Source of the DNA: Paraspadella gotoi
Lineage: Eukaryota > Animalia > Chaetognatha
Length of the DNA: 64,000 nucleotides
Direction of reading: 5' to 3'
NCBI GenBank assembly: GCA_051294375.1
Contig: CM119268.1
Span: 17,424,502-17,488,501 of the forward strand
Made by a program: the position numbers and the translations under genes. The notes under the pieces were generated by a model. It had not been told where the DNA came from. It was given only the letters and a program-made list of their open reading frames with translations, and ran no database searches. Below, piece by piece: positions 11,808 through 29,300 of this stretch; the stretch's first letter is position 1, and every line of letters begins with the position of its first letter.

Positions 11808-14800
11808 GTATTGAGTAATCCATATCATATTCTGCAAAAGAATTCTAGTAAGCTTTGCCATTTTTTAATAAGATACAAAATATTATGGGCGACTTGAGTC
11901 TTGGTACATTGTTACATATCATCTTTGATCACTCAACCTAAATTGTAAAATCTTAACTTATGTATCTTAAATCATTTTCTCAGCATCTTGTAAGAGGCTT
12001 TTCTATTAAGATACTTAAAACTTTTAAAAATCTATCTAAACAATGTTTCTTAAAAATTTAAAACAAAATTTTTTTCTTTCGGTTAAAACTAGATTTTCAA
12101 GAGAAAATAATTTTCTTAAATTAAGCTTAATTCACAATCAAATTTTTAACTTAAAACTGATTCTTTACAGCTATAGCTCAATTTTCTACACTTCCTATAT
12201 TAATTCTTCTTTGTACGTACATACTTGGAGTTGTAATCACTAATAAGTCTAAAATAAACTACTGTTACATATTTTCCAGATGGGTTTTTATGCTTTTATG
12301 AGTTTTATGAGTTAAAAAACTTATAGAATTTATTTCAATTCGAACTTTTTACTTTATGTAAATGTTTTATATCATAAATTTAGTGCCTTATTTTATAGGG
12401 AATCTCTGAATTAAAAAAAATCAAATTCTGAATTTAAAAAAATTAAAAAACAGTAAGGCCATTTTTTTAGATATCGGCGTTTAACAAACTCCATCATCAC
12501 TCCCGTGCTTGGTATGTGTGTGCTGAATTTGCAAAAGTAATGACTAACGAGAATATACTTTCTTGAACGAAGTCGTTAAAAATGGAAAGCAGTTGCAGCT
12601 CAAACCGTTAGACTCTTCGTTGCAGGAAAAAACTATCTTGGGCAAGAAAGGACAATGGGAGATTCTTATGGCGCATTTTGTGAGAAAGTGTTTTTCGTTT
12701 CAAAATATTCAACGAATAATCCAAAATTGCATGAAATAATCTAAATTTGCTTGAAGCGAAAGCAAATTTTGAAAATATCTTTCATAGAATATGGATTGCG
12801 ATGCACCTATAAAGTAATTCCTGCCAAATTTTCTTATGAGAAAAACCGCCTTACCGTATTGGGCTGCAACTCTTCAAATAAGGTTTCTTTTATATTTAAT
12901 ATAGTACAAAAAAAAAATCGAAAAAAAAACGATGGAGCCTTTTAAAAAATAGTAAAAGTGAATACATTTCATTCGGAAATCGTTCAGGAGCTCTTCCTTT
13001 CGAAATCCGCAGCTCGGTTTTAGCCTATGTTAATTGCAATGTAGTGATATCCCGACTAATCTATGTGCATATCATATCGGATACAACTGATTACTACATC
13101 TGCAACATGTCCTTAAATGTATGATCCTTCATTTTATTTACTAATTTTCTTTATATCTGTTAATAATGAATAATTATAATAATATCAATGAATTATCTTC
13201 TTTAATAATTTATATATGGTTCTGTAGTAGCCAAGTAGATTACAGACTTAATGCCATGCTACTATTGATAATCATATTCATACCAACTGGGAGAAAGTAT
13301 GTTTGGGCTTAAAATATAGTAATAACAATATTAAATATAGTTGATAACGAAAATTAAAACAATAAAAAGAAATATATTGTTTTATTTATCTTTAAAAATA
13401 AATATAAGCCAACTATTTTGATCAGAATTGCCTATATTTACTCTAAGAAAAATATTTCTTTACCTAGGCAATTTCAGAAAACACTTTGTCACGTTTAATC
13501 AGGTAAATATTACCTAAGTTCACCCCCTAGGTGTTTACAGCATCATCTGAAGCTCAGGGACTGCTTATTATTGTCTCTTCAATATTTTTTCCTTATAATA
13601 TGTTTAAATTTTATATTAATTTTTTAAACTTTTTATAACATATTGGATCCTCCCAGAACAAATCTCTCCTTTTTGACCAGACTCGCATCATTTAATGGCC
13701 GTCAAGGGAAAACAACAAGACGCAGAATTCCAGATTTTTGTCTGGATTTGTGCAAAACGAGGTGACTGGCGGATAGAGGGAGAGGGTTGGGAGGAAGAGA
13801 AAGAGAGAGACAGGGGAAGAAGGGGAAGAGAGGCAGGAGGCAAGAAGGGACAAAGAGAGGGAGATAGAGAAAAGATTAAAAAGCATAAGAAAATGAAAAG
13901 TTGATGGAGGTTAAAAAAAAAGTAAACCAAGTAAAGAGTTATAGGATAGAAGGAAGAAAAGGAGATAAGAAAATAGAAGCTATGAGAAAGAAGCGAAGAT
14001 AATAAGAGAACCTAAATGTTTGGGAGCAAAAGACAGAAAAGAAACGGAAGGAAAGAAGAGAAGGAAAAATGTCAGGAAAAAACTTTCGTAAAAAAAAAAG
14101 AGGAATTACAAAACATAGGATGAAAGAGAAGCATAGGGAAATAAATAGTGCAGCATAGTACAGATGACAGAAAAGACAAATAGCAAAAGCGTATCACTTT
14201 CATTCCGCATCCGAGTATCAGAATTCTCTCCGCTCGCATTTTAATGGTCATGGAATTACGGGGCGGAATTTCCAGTCAGATCCTCAAAATATTTTACCGA
14301 TTCTTGGTCATTTTTTTTCTTTCTGCTCGTTTTACATCATTCATTCTTCCTTTTTTCAATAAGTTCTTCACTTGTTTCAAACTACCTTTCTTTTATCCTT
14401 TTTTTTTTATCTTTTTCCACATTTTCTCTCTTTCCTTACCAGTTCCTTACTTGTACTTACCTATTTCGGTAATTATAAACGTTTTTTTTCTTTTCATCGT
14501 TTTTATTATTCTCATCTCGCATCGGAATTTTTCCCCCAATGGATAATTTTTATCAATATATATCATTTTCGATATATATCCTTCTTCCATTTGCTTAATC
14601 AATCGCTACTCCCTTCTCTCTTTCATCAATCCACTCTCTCCCCATCAGTCCTCACTCTTCCACCCCTCTTCCCCCCCTCTCCTCCCTCCCAACCCAATGT
14701 CATTTATCCTCATCCCCAACCGACTTATTTGTCATACGTCAGACCACAAGATGGCAGAGAGCGATAAAAAGACCGTCTACCAAAAGGATTCGCTCTCCAT

Positions 14801-14816
14801 ATCAGATTCCATGTCG

Positions 14817-14867
<51 letters not shown>

Positions 14868-15231
14868 ACCCTTTATTCCTTCCTTTTTACAATATTTCTT
14901 TTCCGTACTTTTGAAATGACATTTTTCAAAAATCTTTAAAGATATATATGTTTTTAATAAAAAATTTAATAAAAATTTTATACACGTATTTAAATTTAAA
15001 TTTTTAAATTTTGTTTGTTCTCGGACCCTCGTGACAAACGAAAGCTAAAATTGTTTTTAATTTTATTATTATTAGGTTTTTAGAATTCCGAATTTAAATT
15101 TAGGTTTAAATCTATTTAAAAATCTAATAATACATTTTTTTTTTCAATTCTATCTCTCTAACCGACGAAATCCCATCGTTATCCATCTTTTCCGCTTCCG
15201 GTTCCATTTTTATTGCTTTCGGTTCCATCCT

Positions 15232-15267
15232 CGATCCCGCAGGACTCGAACCCGGAATTTCTTGATC
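15232..15267 (-). pseudogene. 3' half of a tRNA-Arg-like sequence (fragment; duplicate at 22054-22090)
   Basis: Minus strand reads GATCAAGAAATTCCGGGTTCGAGTCCTGCGGGATCG, with a T-loop GTTCGAGTCC and an Arg-like 3' end. There is no 5' half; a (GACC)n tract lies upstream. Confidence 0.5.
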
Positions 15268-15700
15268 GACTCATTTAAGATCGGTCGGTCGGTCGGTCGG
15301 TCGGTCGTTGGTTCCTCCTTGGTCTGACTTTCGCTTCACATTTCGCCCTTTTCTTTCTTTTTTTTTTTTTCGTTTTATTTCGTTTTATTCGCGAATAAAA
15401 TAAGTTGAAAATTCCAGAGTCACCAGACGGTGGAGGGAGATTATATTTTTATTTTTATTCAAATCTTTTTTTTTTAATTTCAAAATATATATATATTGTT
15501 ATTCTAAGAATCACATTGATTCATTAATAATAAGTATGTTTGTTTTATTTTTTTTTATAAAAATACTAACAATTACATTTTTCTTAACTATACATTTTGC
15601 AACTTTAAATAAAGTTACATGAATAATGGTTGGTTCTTGGTCTTCTGGAATCCAGGGAGCGATCTTAGCGGAGTAAACCCGGTCGCCATAACATCACCAT

Positions 15701-15741
<41 letters not shown>

Positions 15742-15745
15742 TCCC

Positions 15746-15816
<71 letters not shown>

Positions 15817-15912
15817 ATAACATCACCATCTTCGAAGATGTGACGTCAGCCTGCACCGAGATTCATCATTTCTCCTTCCAAACATTCTCTCTTTCTTTCT
15901 CCTCTCTCTCTT

Positions 15913-16001
<89 letters not shown>

Positions 16002-16159
16002 TCCTCTCTCTTCTTTCCTTCCTCTTAATCTCTCTCTTTAATCCCGGGAATAAAATTCGTTGGCCGCAAATTCGACGTTTTTCAAACAACTTTTCAAACA
16101 ACTTCTGCCTCATTTGCATAAATTTTCGCTAAAATTTCCATTACTCCAATCACGCCGGA

Positions 16160-16524
16160 ATGTCGCCCAGCTTCGACTACGATGACGACGACGAAGATAA
16201 AATAAAAGACGACGACGATGAGGCAGACAATGACAATGATAAAGAACCAATGAGATTGACGGCGGAGGACTGTCAGTACGATACTTATCAGGACCATGAA
16301 CGATTGCTTCAACCAAAAAGGATGAAAGTACGACTAGGGACTTTTGAGAAACAACTGGAATGGAGCTAAATCAAGTCAAGGAAAAGTATACATACCGATC
16401 GTCAATCGTAAAAACCACTCCATGTATTTTGAAATAAGCCAAGTCAATCTTGACAACGACGACGATGACAAAAATGACCTCGACGAGACGGAGGCGACGA
16501 CGAGGCGACGAACCACGACGACGA

Positions 16525-16567
<43 letters not shown>

Positions 16568-16591
16568 CGACGACGGAGCGACGATGGCTGA
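16160..16591 (+). other. Possible short Asp-rich ORF or exon (frameshifted; copies at ~18214-18600 and ~22963-23365)
   Basis: A consensus of the three copies gives MSPSFDYDDDDEDKIK...RLLQPKRMKVRLGTLRTNWNGAKSSQGKVYIPIVNRKNHSMYFEISQVNLDNDDDD...GGDDG*. It is largely driven by (GAC)n and has no recognisable domain. Confidence 0.25.
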
Positions 16592-17096
16592 AGCGATGAT
16601 AATTCTTAATGAATGGGGCCTCCCAGTTCGCGAGACGACAAATCGTGTCGCCCCCTCTCCAAAGTTGTTAATAACAACAACAACAGCGAACAGAACAACA
16701 ACACAGTAAAGAAGGGAAACGGAGGAAAGTTGTAAATGTTAATAAAGAAAGAAAGGCAGCAGAGGACGACGACGACGACGACGACGACAAGAGAAAATTG
16801 AAAGGGGCGACAAACGTTCCACTCAAAAGAGAGCGAGAAACTTAATCACAAGAAATCCGGCGTTTCCAAATGAACTCGGAACGAACGTTTATTCTTCGCA
16901 GACGAGACACAAAGTGAATTCGTAAAAAAGTCTGCATACGAAAAACGTTACGATACTCGGTTCGGAGAAACGATGGTTTAGCTAGGGAGACGACGTCGTC
17001 CTTCTCGTCGTCCGAACAGTTTTTCTATCAGGGTGACGTCTAGAACGATTGCGCGCTCTCTATCTCTCTCGCGCTCTCTCTCTTCTCTCTCTCTCT

Positions 17097-17165
<69 letters not shown>

Positions 17166-17452
17166 GAAAATTTCGTTGCTTTCCTAAGAAAAATAATAAA
17201 TAAATAACTAAATATGTGAATAAATCAATAAATGACTTTTATTTTTTGTTTCTTAAACAGAAAAGGAAGGAATATTTTTTAAATAGTTAAACATTAATAA
17301 TTATCGATAAAAAAATCACAATAATTTCTACATCTACCTTCTATATCTTGAAATGGAATTGAATTTCTAGTCCAACCTTCTTTCATTTCCTTTTTTCCTT
17401 GTAATACTTAGTCTAATTAATACATCGAAAAGTTAACAAAAAGGAAGTTTTG

Positions 17453-17572
<120 letters not shown>

Positions 17573-18066
17573 CAGAGAGGGAAGAGAAAGAGAGAACAAT
17601 AGAAAAAGCGTGCTAAACTGCCAAGAAAGTTACGACATCAATTTGCAGCAAGTCATTCCAGTTAGTGAGACCAAGGGAATAATGATACCAATTGAATTTT
17701 CATCAGTCAACTTCTCCCCGTTATTACTTTTGTTTAGTTTAATAGCCAAGCATCCAGGGGACTTTTATGTCTCGTGGTAAAAATCTTTTTGAAAAGTTAC
17801 GTTGAATTATTGCAAAATCTAAATTTAATTGCTCACAAAGCGAAAAGATAAGTTTTATATACATTTTTTAAAATTTTGTTATCCACTCATTATAATCAAA
17901 AATATTTAACGTGAACTAAAGTAACGACTTCCCAATTGGGGACCTCTGCATTCACGCTGAATGGGGAATTCACCTCTTTTCCCGATTCGCAACGTCTGAG
18001 GTGTCATCAACGCGTCTCTCTCTCTATCTCTCTCTGTTTTTNNNNNNNNNNNNNNNNNNNNNNNNN

Positions 18067-19066
18067 TTTCCTTCCTCTTAATCTCTCTCTTTATCCCCGG
18101 GAATAAAATTCGTTTGGCCGCAAATTCGACGTTTTTCAAACAACTTTTCAAACAACTTCTGCCTCATTTGCATAAATTTTCGCTAAAATTTCCATTACTC
18201 CAATCACGCCGGAATGTCGCCCAGCTTCGACTACGATGACGACGACGAAGATAAAATAAAAAGACGACGACGATGAGGCAGACAATGACAATGATAAAAG
18301 AACCAATGAGATTGACGGCGGAGACTGTCAGTACGATACTTATCAGGACCATGAACGATTGCTTCAACCAAAAAGGATGAAAAGTACGACTAGGGACTTT
18401 GAGAACAAATGGAATGGAGCTAAATCAAGTCAAGTAAAAGTATACATACCGATCGTCAATCGTAAAACCACTCCATGTATTTTGAAATAAGCCAAGTCAA
18501 TCTTGACAACGACGACGATGACAAAAATGACCTCGACGACGACGACGACGACGACGGAGGCGACGACGACGACGACGACGACGGAGGCGACGATGGCTGA
18601 AGCGATGATAATTCTTAATGAATGGGGCCTCCCAGTTCCGCGAGACGACAAATCGTGTCGCCCCCCTCTCCAAGTTGTTAATAACAACAACAACAGCGAA
18701 CAGAACAACAACACAGTAAAGAAGGGAAACGGAGGAAAGTTGTAAATGTTAATAAGAAAGAAAGGCAGCAGAGGACGACGACGACGACGACGACGACAAG
18801 AGAAAATTGAAAGGGGCGACAAACGTTCCACTCAAAAGAGAGCGAGAAACTTAATCACAAGAAATCCGGCGTTTCCAAATGAACTCGGAGACGAACGTTT
18901 ATTCTTCGCAGACGAGACAACAAAGTGAATTCGTAAAAAAGTCTGCATACGAAAAACGTTACGATACTCGGTTCGGAGAAAACGATGGGTTTAGCTAGGG
19001 AGACGACGTCGTCCTTCTCGTCGTCCGAACAGTTTTTCTATCAGGGTGACGTCTAGAACGAGCGCG

Positions 19067-19153
<87 letters not shown>

Positions 19154-19473
19154 TCTCTCTCCTCTCTCTCTCTCTCTCTCTTCTCGAAAATTTCGTTGCT
19201 TTCCTAAGAAAAATAATAAATAAATAACTAAATATGTGAATAAATCAATAAATGTTATTTTATTTTTGTTTCTTAAACAGAAAGGAAGGAAGGAATATTT
19301 TTTAAATAGTTAAACATTAATAATTATCGATAAAAAATCACAATAACTTTCTACATCTACCTTCTATATCTTGAAATGGAATTGAATTCCTAGTCCAACC
19401 TTCTTTCATTTCCTTTTTTCCTTGTAATACTTAGTCTAATCAATACATCGAAAAGTTAACAAAAAGGAAGTTT

Positions 19474-19476
<3 letters not shown>
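18067..19476. repeat. Third copy (Z) of 16015-17452, starting at an N gap
   Basis: Near-identical to part of Y1/Y2; joins X2 at GGAAGTTTTGA|GAAC. Confidence 0.88.
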
Positions 19477-24760
<5,284 letters not shown>

Positions 24761-24763
24761 TTC

Positions 24764-24833
<70 letters not shown>

Positions 24834-24969
24834 ATCTCATCGTTATCGACCCCGCTCGCCTTGACTCAATCACGGATGCTGACGAGAAACGACGACGATG
24901 ACGACGAAGCCTAATTCCGGTTCCATTGTTTCTCCCAGCCCAGAATGAGAATCCGGGCCTTTAGCTGCG

Positions 24970-25010
<41 letters not shown>

Positions 25011-26363
25011 ACTTCTCTCAATCGATCCTTTACCGAAGCGGCAAGCTACCATTTGGTTTTGTTTCATTATGTGAGCGGAAATTTCATGAAAATTTGAAGA
25101 ATTCATGTAGTTCACATTATGCTGCCCAAAATTTATGAAATGGTGGTGATAATAATAAATTTGTATTCTTTATAATCAAACTTATTTTTTTCTTTCTCAC
25201 TTCCTTTCACTGTCTCTCTCTCACTCTGTTCTTCTCTCCTTCTTTAATTCCCTTCTCAGCCTTTATGGACCATCTTTGAGTTTGATGACCCGCATGAGGC
25301 CCTGGGACGGCAGCCTGGGCCCGCGGGACCTAAAGAAGGGGACCGCGCGATCTGTGGCGTTAGTTCACCTGCTCATTTTAAGCCGACGCCACCGCCGCTG
25401 ACGACGCCGCCGACGACGCCGATGCCGCCGCCGCAGACGACGCCGACGCCGACGCCAACATCGTTAATAACTCGAATTATGCGGGCAAAACTGACGACAT
25501 CGACATCAAACCTAAAATTTCATTTAAATTTACATATTGAGCTTCATATACTCCTTTTTCTTTTTTTGAATTAAATTCAGAAAACTGAAAATTTCTATCA
25601 AAAGCTGCCAAAGGCTTAAAAAGCATTTTATTACGATACGGATAACATGTGATCGTACGGAATAGGCAGCCATACCGTTTCTAGTGTGAACACACACTAT
25701 CGCACTCAGCAAAGAGCAAACTCATACGACTTATCGTTTTGGGCATTTTCTTGAGTAATGGGAATTGAGGGGAAAAAAGAACGACGATGACGATGAGAAG
25801 GACGACGGCGGACTCGGCGGTCAGCCCAGGGAACGCGCACGTAACTGTGATATACGTCAAAACTTGAATTTCCTCGTGGAATCGCGCGTGCGTGGGATTG
25901 GAGATGGAGATGGAAGAGGAGGAAGGGGAGGGGGATGGAAGGGAAGAGTAGATGATCGCCAGGAGACCCCGAACGTTGGTTCTCGTTATGACAACCGGAA
26001 GGAAGAAACGAAAACTGAGTTGCGAATTGGAAAAGGATCACTTGTCTGCATTTCCTTCTGGACTTTCTCTCTAGCTTGGTTTGTTTTAAAACATAATTAT
26101 TAACCTGAGGCGACTTACCACCGGTCTCTCTCTCTCAACCCTTCCTCTCTCCTCTTTCCCCCGAGCCGGTCAATCCAACACGTCTTCTACAAACCTAAGT
26201 CAATAAAATTAACAAAAAGATACATTCATAAATTTAAATTTAAGAAAAAAGGAAACAATATTTCGAAAACAAATTTATTAACATAAGACAATAAAATTAA
26301 CAAAAAACGAAAATGTTAATTCATAGCAAATCCCAAAGTTTTCTCTTCAGGCCGACCTCGGAG

Positions 26364-29300
26364 TCATTTCTCACAAATTCTCTTCCCGTTCAAAATTAGG
26401 ATCAAGTAGACGATCCCAACAAACAACGCCGTGGATCCGAAGCAGAGATACACTCGCCGCCCGCTCAGCGCTCCGTAGAGGACGCCTCCAACGAGGCAGC
26501 CAACGGCTCCTCCAGCGTTGATAAAGGAGGCACCGGCTATGCCCTGGAGTGTCGCGCCCAACCCGGCGGGGGCAATAGCGTTAGCGAATACGGCGGTCGT
26601 TGTCCAACTCAGGGCAAAAGTGACGCTAAAGAAATAACTCCCTAATTAATAACCAAAATTTGACTTCCTTGTAATTTTTATTCAAAAGTCCTTATCTTGC
26701 ACTTGATAACTGAAAAGCGATATTTTCCAAATTTTTATCACATCTGAAAATCAAAATGAAAATCAACAAAAACAAAAAAAAAAAACAAACCAAAAAACAT
26801 CTGATATCACCATATTGATTTATCATTTTTCTTTAGGAAGTCTCTTCGTGCTGGCGATAAATTTAAATTTTCACTTTTTACATTATAACACCAAAAAAAT
26901 CATTACTTTTCAAATCATAACGTCGCAGTCAATCAACTCAATTACCTATGAAGCGTCTCTACTAAGAGGATGAGCCAAGCGGATTTGACTAAGAAGTAAC
27001 CCAGAAATCTTAGGAAGTACCCGAAGAAGGAAACCACGAGGCAAACGTCAGGGCCAAATCTTGCGTTGAGGGTGCCGCTAAAAAAGATGGCGCCAGGAAG
27101 AAGGTCATGGGTAAGGGGCGCCAAATTGTTTATCACAACACTACCTGAATTGAAACATGATTGCTTCTGATAATGTGCCGACCGCATAGGATATGCCCAT
27201 TTGAGTTTGTGATGCCAGCAAGACAGTCTCTAGGAACAACCCGTGATAGCTGTTGTAAAAACCTACAAAGCAGCCGATGACGAAGATGCTGCTCAAGAAT
27301 GCCAAAACTCTATAATTAGACAGCAGCTGCGTCAGCTGCGGAAGGAGCCTCTGTGGAGTTATCAATGGTTGCACCTCGTTGCTTTGAGATCGGGAGGAGA
27401 TAAGGTCGGATGGGGCTTCCGTTTTCGGCGATGTCTGTGAGTCTAGAAAAGGTTTATAAAGAAAAGGTTTATAAATGAATAATAAAAAAAAAAATAAAAA
27501 ATAAGCAGCCTCGACTAAAATATTTTTGGCTGGAACTGAGGATCGGATGTGTACTCACTGTAGGGCTCCCAAAATTTTCTCATATTGAAAAAGTTGTTGA
27601 TTCTTGTAAAGTTTCTCATTCCATTTTTAGTGAAAAAACCGAATATCACCATAAAAAAAATTCTCAGATTTTGATTGATGGATTTTCATCACCACTTTAT
27701 ATAGCGCACCACTTCCGGTTGAAGCTGGCTTTTGTTTTTAAAAATAAAACGTTTTTACACTGATAAATATTTAGTTTTAAGCTGGATAATTGTTTATAGT
27801 TTTAGATTAGTTCCTCTTTTTATAAATTCTAAATTATATATTATCAAAAATATTTATTACGTGAATTAATTTTATCTTGAAATTAAAAAAACTAAATCAA
27901 TATTTTTGAAAGATTTGTCAAATATTATTCTTTCAAATTAAAATTTAATATAATGTAATAATATATTTTTCCAAATATTTATTAATTATTATACTATCAG
28001 AAAATCAGTAAATTATTCATATTCATAATTCAAATTACTTGTTTGAGCCGAATTCATTCCGATGAAGAGTGCAAAGAGAGCGGCGGAACCTTTGAAGGCT
28101 GAAGTGAGTTGAACTCGAATCCAGTAGGTGTCGGAAATGTCGCCGAGGTGGTTCAATCCTTTAAAAAAACTAGTTAAAAAAAATCTTAAAAGTATTTTGA
28201 TCTCGCCTGACGTTATTATCAAAGAAAATAACTGAAAAAAATCCGGGAAAAAAAATGAATGATTGATGCAATTACCTTTGGTTAAAACTAGGCGTGAAAA
28301 GAATGGTCAATTTTAAAAATTTTAATTATCGGTTAAAATGCTAAAATTTAACCAGTTAACCGTTAAAATCGGTTAATTTGCTAACTATCATTATAATGAT
28401 AAAACTAAGTAACAAAAAATATTTTTTTATTTTCAATAAAAATGAATTAAAAAGGAATTCAAAGAAAAAATTGTAATAACAAAAAACAAAACAAAACATA
28501 AATAAATCAAATAATGGAGGTGGTAAAGTGAGTTAAGCGGAATTAACTTATAATTAAAATTTATGCAAAATGTTAGCCTTCTTCAATGAGACAATGACAG
28601 AGAAAGGGAGAGAGAGAGAAAAAGAGAGAGAGAGAGAATGTTTGATTATATGTTAAGGTCAGTTAGATTGAGAAAGGAAAATTAAAAGAAAATTAAAGTT
28701 CAGTTAGTACAATAAAATACATTTAAGCAATATAAAAAAGTAAACAGTATCGTGATTAAAATTTGAAACTAGGAAAGTAGTAAATAACTACATTATTAAG
28801 TAATAAACATTGAAATAAATGAAAGTGAAAGTGAAAATATAAAGTTAATAGTTTATTTTTTTTAATATAGTAAATTTATAAGAAGAAGAAAAAGCTCTCT
28901 CTCTTTCTCTCTCCCATTATCATATATTAGGAAATTTCACAAACCTAATTTGCACTGAAGAAGGCTAACATCACCGAAATGTGTTTTTTTTAATTAAAAT
29001 AAATTCAGTTTGAAATTAAAAATTATTTTTCACTTTTAATACTTACATATATGATCTAAAATAGGGGAAAAAGTTTAAAAAAATAATTGACAGCTTTGCA
29101 AAAAAAAACCATAATACTTAAAACAAATAAAAATTTAAATTAGTAAATTATAAAATTAACCAGTTAATTTTACCAAATTAACCGATTGGTTAAAATTGTT
29201 TTTAATCGGTTAAAACCCCTATGTAATTGGTAATTGGTTATTGATGTAAAAGTAATTGATTATTAATGCAATAATAATTGATTGATGTAATAGTAATTGA

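Larger units (their letters stand above)
6855..13529. mobile_element. Non-autonomous hAT-type DNA transposon (hAT-1) inserted in the TRIM-2 3' LTR
   Basis: TIRs TAAGGGGTGAACTTAGG / CCTAAGTTCACCCCCTA. 8-bp TSD GGTGTTAC (6847-6854; right copy 13530-13538 has one extra T, exact at 5062-5069). The uninterrupted LTR has a single GGTGTTAC at ~6409. No transposase ORF seen. Confidence 0.8.
6296..13581 (+). mobile_element. TRIM family 2 (non-autonomous LTR element with tRNA-Gly-like LTR); 3' LTR interrupted by a hAT insertion
   Basis: 5' LTR starts in the N gap and ends ...TGTCTCTTCA at 6523. PBS-like TG-TGAGCCCGAC 6524-6535; ~175 bp internal region; PPT GGGAGGGAGGA 6688-6698. 3' LTR starts TG at 6699, is broken at 6854, and resumes 13530-13581 ending CTCTTCA. 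Confidence 0.72.

Noticed and set aside
11539-11861. GAGAGA/ELELEL/WSWSWS ORFs resembling silk fibroin
   Set aside because: They arise from the (GCTCCA)n subterminal repeats of the hAT-2 element.
16050-16125. BTB/POZ-like peptide LAANSTFFKQLF
   Set aside because: Only ~12 residues resemble the motif. The frame is flanked by microsatellite and ends without the rest of the domain.
28289-29221. Additional hAT MITE (TAGGCGTG ... AACCCCTA with CGGTTAA repeats)
   Set aside because: The termini match poorly and no TSD is visible; possible but not supportable.
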